Part shown: positions 58,526 through 64,000 of the stretch, piece by piece | Position numbering within the stretch: the first letter of the stretch is position 1 | How the letters are laid out: each line of letters opens with the position of its first letter | Origin: an uncultured Verrucomicrobiae bacterium | GTDB lineage: Bacteria > Verrucomicrobiota > Verrucomicrobiia > Chthoniobacterales > Chthoniobacteraceae | Reading direction: 5' to 3' | Length of the DNA stretch: 64,000 nucleotides | Assembly: GCA_963828525.1 (NCBI GenBank) | Contig: CAWHEP010000008.1 | Span: 320,001 to 384,000, forward strand | Program-made: the position numbers and the translations under genes | Notes under the pieces: model-generated | The model's input: only the letters and a program-made list of their open reading frames with translations | Told to the model about the DNA's origin: nothing | Database searches by the model: none

Positions 58526-59185
58526 ATGATCGCGCGACTCAAAAACCTAGATTCCCATCACAGGCTGATCGTCGCGCTGGTCATCGGAGTGATGACGTTC
58601 CTGGCAACCCAGTCCCGCTTCGCGCTGCCCCCGCGTGTTATTCTTTCCTGGGACGCGGCTTGCGTCACCGTCCTCTTACTAGCCTGGGTGAGGATCGTTA
58701 CGGCGGATCCAGCCCGTTCCCGGGTAACGGCAAAGCTGCAGGACTCAAGCCGCACGGTGATCTTCGGCTCTGTAATTGTCGCCGCGTGCGCGAGTCTGTT
58801 TGCCCTTGCCTTTCTCTTGGGCGCGGCAAAAGACATGAGCAAGGGCCGATTGACTGAGCATGTTGCCCTGGCTTTGGTGACTGTGGTTTGCTCCTGGTGC
58901 CTCGTGCATACAGTCTTCACGCTGCGATACGCTCATTTATTCTATAGCGCGGGCGAGGAGCCATCAGACCGTCGGGAGGGTCTCGACTTTCCCGACGAAA
59001 AAAACCCGGACTACACCGACTTTGCCTATTTCTCTTTCATCGTGGGTATGACCTGCCAGGTCTCCGATGTGCAGATAACATCGCGCGAAATCCGACGCCT
59101 CGCGCTCCTGCATGGACTCATCTCCTTCGTGTTCAATACCGTCGTCCTCGCGCTGAGCATCAACATCATTTCAGGTCTGCTCTAA
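58526..59185 (+). CDS. DUF1345 family membrane protein
   Basis: HTVFTLRYAHLFY, PDYTDFAYFSFIVGMTCQVSDV and LLHGLISFVFN. Confidence 0.85.
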   Translation: MIARLKNLDSHHRLIVALVIGVMTFLATQSRFALPPRVILSWDAACVTVLLLAWVRIVTADPARSRVTAKLQDSSRTVIFGSVIVAACASLFALAFLLGAAKDMSKGRLTEHVALALVTVVCSWCLVHTVFTLRYAHLFYSAGEEPSDRREGLDFPDEKNPDYTDFAYFSFIVGMTCQVSDVQITSREIRRLALLHGLISFVFNTVVLALSINIISGLL

Positions 59186-60030
59186 CGCGCGACGGGAATA
59201 TTTCATAAGACCCCGCCGCGTTCTCGCGCTCGATTTTCAAGGTGTAACGCGTCTTCGACTTCCGCAGCGTCATCCTCGCGCCAAACACCGCGGACATCGT
59301 CTCCGATGTAAGCGCCCTCTCCCGCTTGCCCGCCGCAAGCACCCGCCCTTCTTTGAGTAAAAGGATGTGGGAGAAAACAGGCATGATCTCCTCCACATGG
59401 TGCGTCACGAGCACGATGGCGGGGGCGTCGGCGAAACGCCCGAGTCGTTCCACAAATTGCAAGAATTGCTCCCGGGCGAGAGGATCCAAGCCAGCGCAAG
59501 GTTCATCAAGAATGAGTAACTCCGGGGCAGCCATAAGAGCCCGACCGATCAGAACTCTCTGCCTTTCTCCCTGAGATAAGACTCTCCATGCCCGTGCATG
59601 CAGATGCTCCGCTTCCACCTCCCGCAAGATCCTTATGCCCTGCCGCTGATCCGCCTTCGAAATGCGCCCCCACAAATTCACCATTCCGAATTTCCCGCTG
59701 ATGACCGTGTCCAATGCTGTCTCATCGCCCTCAATCATCTGGCGTATGGAGGAACTGACGAGTCCGATCCTGAGGCGCAGGTCTCTCCAGTCTGCCTGGC
59801 CATACTTCTGCCCAAGCACCTCGATGAATCCACCAGTTGGCATGAGGTATCCGCTCAGCGCCTTGAGTAGAGAGGTCTTTCCGGAGCCGTTGGCGCCAAG
59901 AATTACCCAGTTTTGCCCCTTAAGAACCGTCCATGATATGGACTGCAGGATCGATACGTCTCCTCGCCTGATGGAAAGACCTTGGACAGACGCGACCGGC
60001 CGCTGAGCGTCCCCCCTTCCAGAAACGACG
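59166..60030 (-). CDS. ABC transporter ATP-binding protein (ModF/YlmA-like), start uncertain
   Basis: GANGSGKT, LSQGERQR, LILDEP and VTHHVEE. Confidence 0.85.
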
Positions 60031-60033
60031 TCC

Positions 60034-60942
60034 TCAGCCCGCTGCGGTCTTCGCGAAATCATCCTTTCCGGATTGAAGCAGGGCCACGAATTCGCGTAGC
60101 GCGGGAGACAGGGACCGGCTTCGCCGCAGGAGAATGCCCAAAGGCCTAACCATGGAGGGCCGTGTAATGTCCACCGCGGCAAGCGACCCTCCCGCCACTT
60201 CCGCATGAATGGTATTACGCGGCACGATGGCGATTCCGCTCTCGATTTCAACGGCCCGTTTGACGGTCTCAATGTTGTCGAACTCCATCGTTTGCACGAT
60301 TTCAACCTGGTGCTCGCGCAAGTGACGATCGATCACTTTCCGTGTGGGCAAGTCCGCTTCGAAAGCGATGAACTTCTCACCCTCCAGCTCTTTGAGGTCG
60401 ATGCTTCCGCGTTTCGCCAGAGGATGCGCCGGGTGGCAGATCAGGACGAGCCGATCTTCCAGGAACGGTTCGAGTCGCAACCCTTTCTTTGGAACTGGGA
60501 AGGAAACAAACCCGATATCGAAATCCCCATTCAGAACCTCGGAGTACACCTGGGCCGAGCGGCGAAACTCGACCTGGACATTCACGCTTGGAAAGCGCTT
60601 TCGAAATTCTTTAAGGTAGGGCGGAATCTCATGAAGCCCAATGCTGTAGATGGCCGCGATCTTCAACTCTCCGGCAACCACGTTCTGCAGTTCCAGCAAC
60701 CGGTTGCCGAGATGATCGAAAACGCTGAGTATCTCTTTGCTCGCATCCAGGAAAACCTTGCCCTCCTCCGTGAGTGAAAAGTTCCGTCTTCCACGATCAA
60801 TAAAGGTAACGTTGAATTTCGTTTCCAACGAGCGTATTTGCTGGCTCACGGCGCTCTGGGTAATCGCGTTAGTGGACGCCGCTTTTGAGAAGCTGCGCGA
60901 ATCGGCAAGGTCACAAAAAATCTTGAAAGTCTCTATTTGCAT
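60034..60942 (-). CDS. LysR family transcriptional regulator
   Basis: MQIETFKIFCDLADSRSFSKAA..TQSAVSQQIRSLE and MEFDNIETVKRAVE. Confidence 0.92.
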   Translation of the reverse strand: MQIETFKIFCDLADSRSFSKAASTNAITQSAVSQQIRSLETKFNVTFIDRGRRNFSLTEEGKVFLDASKEILSVFDHLGNRLLELQNVVAGELKIAAIYSIGLHEIPPYLKEFRKRFPSVNVQVEFRRSAQVYSEVLNGDFDIGFVSFPVPKKGLRLEPFLEDRLVLICHPAHPLAKRGSIDLKELEGEKFIAFEADLPTRKVIDRHLREHQVEIVQTMEFDNIETVKRAVEIESGIAIVPRNTIHAEVAGGSLAAVDITRPSMVRPLGILLRRSRSLSPALREFVALLQSGKDDFAKTAAG

Positions 60943-60992
60943 CGGCCTACCAGCCTGAATCGAAACTGACTCCTCACTCTGCGTCCCTTTCC

Positions 60993-61673
60993 ATGTCACA
61001 AATACAAGCGGCCCTCCAACGAGTGAACCAAGAAATCGGCCGCGCAATCGTTGAGGCAGGACGCGCGACTTCCGATGTCGAGCTAATCGCGGTATCCAAA
61101 TCGCATCCGCCTTCTGCCGTTCAAGAAGCCATCGACGCGGGACACCTTCTCTTTGGAGAAAGCCGCATCCAGGAGGCAAAGGCGAAGATTCCGGCGCTCT
61201 CGGCCCGCGCCCGCTGGCACTTCATAGGCCACCTCCAAAAGAATAAAATAAGACAGGCGCTGCCACTGTTTGACCTGTTCCACGGAATCGATTCGCTGGA
61301 ACTAGCCCGTGACATGAACAGGGTGGCTAAGGAACTTGGCCTTTTTCCCAGGATACTTCTGGAGGTCAACGTCGCCACGGAACCCACCAAGTTCGGGTTT
61401 GCTCCCGACGACGTGAGGCGCGATCTGGTGGAGATTCTGAAGCTGGATCGAATCCAAGTAGACGGACTCATGACGATCGCGCCGGTAGCAGACAAACCGG
61501 ACGCTTCACTCCGCTTTTTTTCGATGCTTCATGATCTCCGCGATGAATTGCAGGCGGCGGCAGGGGTGCCGCTCAAGCACCTTTCGATGGGGATGAGCCA
61601 GGACTATCCCGGAGCAATCAAGGCAGGCGCCACTTTGGTGCGGGTCGGCACCGCGATCTTCGGGGAAAGATAG
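60993..61673 (+). CDS. yggS: Pyridoxal phosphate homeostasis protein (YggS family)
   Basis: LIAVSK, FGESRIQE, WHFIGHLQKNK, LSMGMSQD and VRVGTAIFG. Confidence 0.93.
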   Translation: MSQIQAALQRVNQEIGRAIVEAGRATSDVELIAVSKSHPPSAVQEAIDAGHLLFGESRIQEAKAKIPALSARARWHFIGHLQKNKIRQALPLFDLFHGIDSLELARDMNRVAKELGLFPRILLEVNVATEPTKFGFAPDDVRRDLVEILKLDRIQVDGLMTIAPVADKPDASLRFFSMLHDLRDELQAAAGVPLKHLSMGMSQDYPGAIKAGATLVRVGTAIFGER

Positions 61674-61690
61674 CCAGCGCCCAGAAGAAC

Positions 61691-62419
61691 TCAGACGGCG
61701 GCTTCGGCGCAGATCTCCCCGAAGATGTCGGGGTAATGCTTGTGCATGCAACGGGTGCAAATTCCGTGACTGGTATCCGATGCCACGCGTTCGCTGAGAT
61801 ATCGTTCTATGCTGTGCCAATTGCCTGTCTCATCCCGAATGGCTTTGCAGTGGGAACAAATCGGCAACAGGCTTCTGAGCATTTTTGTTTCGACGAGCGC
61901 CTCCGCGAGCTGCTCCGAAACGAGGCGCAGTTCCATCTGGGATACGACCTGCCGTGACAACGCCGCTAGGGCGGCTTCCTGGCCGGGGCTGAGGGCGCGC
62001 GGCTTTCGATCGATCACGCACAACGAACCGAGCGCGTTGCCCGCGCCATCCAGCAGCGGGGCGCCGGCATAAAAACGTATATTTGGCTCCGATGTGACCA
62101 GCGGATTTGCGGAGAACCGGACATCACGAGTGGCGTCTTCCACCACCATCACTTTTTCCTGAAGGATAGTATGCGCGCAGAATGCCTGCTCCCGGGGAGT
62201 CTCGCTGTTGGTGATTCCAACTTTGGACTTGAACCATTGACGCTTTTCATCAATCAAGGCGATTATCGCGATCGGCGTTTCGCATATGAACGCGGCGACG
62301 TTCGTGAAATCGTCGAATGCCTGTTCGGCTTGTGTGTCCATGATCCGATACCGGCGCAGGGCTTTCAGGCGCGACGCCTCGCTCTTTTCGCGGACCGGAT
62401 TCATCGGGAGAGAGATCAT
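61691..62419 (-). CDS. GAF-domain protein with C-terminal Cys/His putative Zn-binding tail
   Basis: RQWFKS, FCAHTI and IRFYAGAPL (GAF), then LLPICSHCKAIRD...SHGICTRC. Confidence 0.85.
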   Translation of the reverse strand: MISLPMNPVREKSEASRLKALRRYRIMDTQAEQAFDDFTNVAAFICETPIAIIALIDEKRQWFKSKVGITNSETPREQAFCAHTILQEKVMVVEDATRDVRFSANPLVTSEPNIRFYAGAPLLDGAGNALGSLCVIDRKPRALSPGQEAALAALSRQVVSQMELRLVSEQLAEALVETKMLRSLLPICSHCKAIRDETGNWHSIERYLSERVASDTSHGICTRCMHKHYPDIFGEICAEAAV

Positions 62420-62540
62420 CTTAGAAATGGGAAAGCATGAAGCGGGCCACTCCACTTCTCGCGAGACGCCAGTCGAGAACTCCGGAGCAGTTTTCGGAAT
62501 AGCTTGACTTGCTTTCCCGGCGATTCTCGAATGGATCGTG

Positions 62541-62546
62541 TATAAT
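62541..62546 (+). promoter_or_regulatory. Consensus -10 element (TATAAT) 5 nt upstream of the slipin ATG
   Basis: TATAAT-atacc-ATG with no Shine-Dalgarno. Confidence 0.45.
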
Positions 62547-62551
62547 ATACC

Positions 62552-63344
62552 ATGCCACTACCCCTTCCTGTGATCCTCCTCATCGCCGCGGTTGTGCTCT
62601 TGCTCTCCGGGTTGCGTGTCGCGCAAGAATACCAACGAGGCGTCGTCTTTCGCCTGGGGCGCTATTCAGGCATGCGAGGGCCGGGTCTCTACTGGATCAT
62701 CCCCCTTGGCATCGAACGCTCGGTGACGATTGACATTCGTATTACCACAGTCTCCGCAGAGCAGCAGGAAACGATCACCCGCGACAGCGTCACGATCAAA
62801 GTGAACGCCGTTCTCTGGTATCGGATCAGCGATCCTGAAAAGTCGGTGATCGCGGTGACTAACGCGCACTCCTCGATTTATCAACTGGCGTTGACCAGCC
62901 TGCGTAACATCATAGGCCAGCACGACTTGGATGAAGTGCTTCAGGAGCGTGACAAAATTAACACGCTTCTGCGGCAGGGCGTCGCCGGCAGCACCAGCGC
63001 GTGGGGGCTGGAGGTGGACCGCTTCGAGATGAAAGACGTGGAGCTGCCGGAGGCCATGCAACAGGTCATGGCAATGCAAGCGGAAGCGATCCGGGAAAAA
63101 CGCGGCGCGGATTATCAAGGCCGAGGCTGAGTTCGAAGCATCTCAAAAGCTGGCTGCGGCTTCGCAGCAGATGGCTGGTAATCCGGCGGCGCTTGAACTG
63201 CGAAGGATGCAGATGATTTCCGAGGTCGGCGCGGAGAACAACAGCACGACCGTCATAATGATCCCATCCGACTTCGTGAACATGGCGAAGAGCCTTAGCG
63301 AATACGTCAAGGAACAGTCCGATAGAAAAACCAGTGACGCATAG
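62552..63344 (+). CDS. SPFH/stomatin (slipin) family protein, frameshift near 63105
   Basis: EYQRGVVFRLGR, QETITRDSV, LRNIIGQHDLDEVL, QAEAIREKR and ALELRRMQ. Confidence 0.9.
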
Positions 63345-63384
63345 CCAGCCCGCTTGCGAGGGTCACCGCTGTTGTGTTCATCTC

Positions 63385-63693
63385 ATGAGGCAAGGGCCGC
63401 TAAATATCCAGGTGATCGGGACGGAGCTCGCCATCCTTTGGACTGACAAAGGGGAGAGCTACATCAATCTGGAAAAGCTGCGGCGGGCGTGCCCCTGCGC
63501 GGGATGTGGCGGGGAACCTGACGTCATGGGGCATGTCATACGTCCGAAAGTCACTTACTCCGGCAGCAGCTTCCAGATTCAAAGCTACGAAATCGTCGGT
63601 GGCTACGCGATCCAGCCCGTGTGGAAGGATGGCCACGCCACGGGACTCTATTCTTTCGACAGCCTTCGAAGCCTTGCGGAGCATACTCCATGA
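63385..63693 (+). CDS. DUF971 (GBBH-like N-terminal) protein
   Basis: LRRACPCAGC, VGGYAIQPVWKDGH and GLYSFDSL. Confidence 0.85.
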   Translation: MRQGPLNIQVIGTELAILWTDKGESYINLEKLRRACPCAGCGGEPDVMGHVIRPKVTYSGSSFQIQSYEIVGGYAIQPVWKDGHATGLYSFDSLRSLAEHTP

Positions 63694-64000
63694 ATCAAAA
63701 GGGCAAGATCGCGTTGATGCTCTTCTTCTTCGCCATCTGCGCCACGGCCGCGTTCATCACCTACGATGCCGGGTTGAAGCCGGTTCCCGCAAAGCCGCTG
63801 GATCTCTACTCGGTGGTGTATAATCAATTCACCGCGTTACAAACCTCCAACTTCGCGCGCGCCTATCGAAACGCCTCAACGGGGATGCAGGAGAAGTTCA
63901 ACGTCGAGCAATTCGAGGGCATGGTTCGCCTGGATTACTCGCCCCTGCTGGCAGCCAATCGCCTGGAATTCGGGGTCGCGGAATGCGAAGGACACCATGC
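63690..64000 (+). CDS. DUF4864-like exported protein, runs off the window end
   Basis: MNQKGKIALMLFFFAIC..., then VVYNQFTALQTSNFARAYRNAS..QEKF..EQFEGMVRLDY. Confidence 0.6.
   Translation, partial: MNQKGKIALMLFFFAICATAAFITYDAGLKPVPAKPLDLYSVVYNQFTALQTSNFARAYRNASTGMQEKFNVEQFEGMVRLDYSPLLAANRLEFGVAECEGHH

Overview
GC-rich bacterial chromosomal window, probably Verrucomicrobiota (inferred from overall gene style only; not verified). It has many single-base indels, most likely long-read consensus errors. Bases 1-10.1 kb look like core genes: a class III cyclase C-terminus, an uncharacterised wHTH-like + AAA+ ATPase gene pair, mutL, dapL, sod, rarA, a tandem USP and tmRNA. Directly behind the tmRNA lies a ~30 kb accessory island (about 10.1-39.8 kb) with no integrase in view, possibly closed by a 10-bp copy of the tmRNA 3' end. 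It carries a truncated Fic gene, a truncated DarB-like SNF2 helicase and the most interesting element, a tightly packed minus-strand defence operon: Z1-domain ATPase, type III Mod, a RelE-like/UvrD/IF2_N-like helicase, type III Res with a C-terminal extension, and a Lamassu/ABC-3C-like SMC ATPase, divergent from a LysR gene. The island continues with a dnaE2/atpA/receiver mosaic scar, phosphoketolase and a Na+-type N-ATPase operon (atpDCQRBEFAG). The rest holds SDR/TetR, a hybrid PAS kinase, oxidoreductases, a RecQ-family helicase, VOC, GH18, an mdtABC-like RND pump, DUF1345, an ABC ATPase, LysR, yggS, a GAF protein, slipin, DUF971 and a partial DUF4864-like gene. No CRISPR, rRNA or tRNA was seen. 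All family calls come from motif recognition, not database searches.
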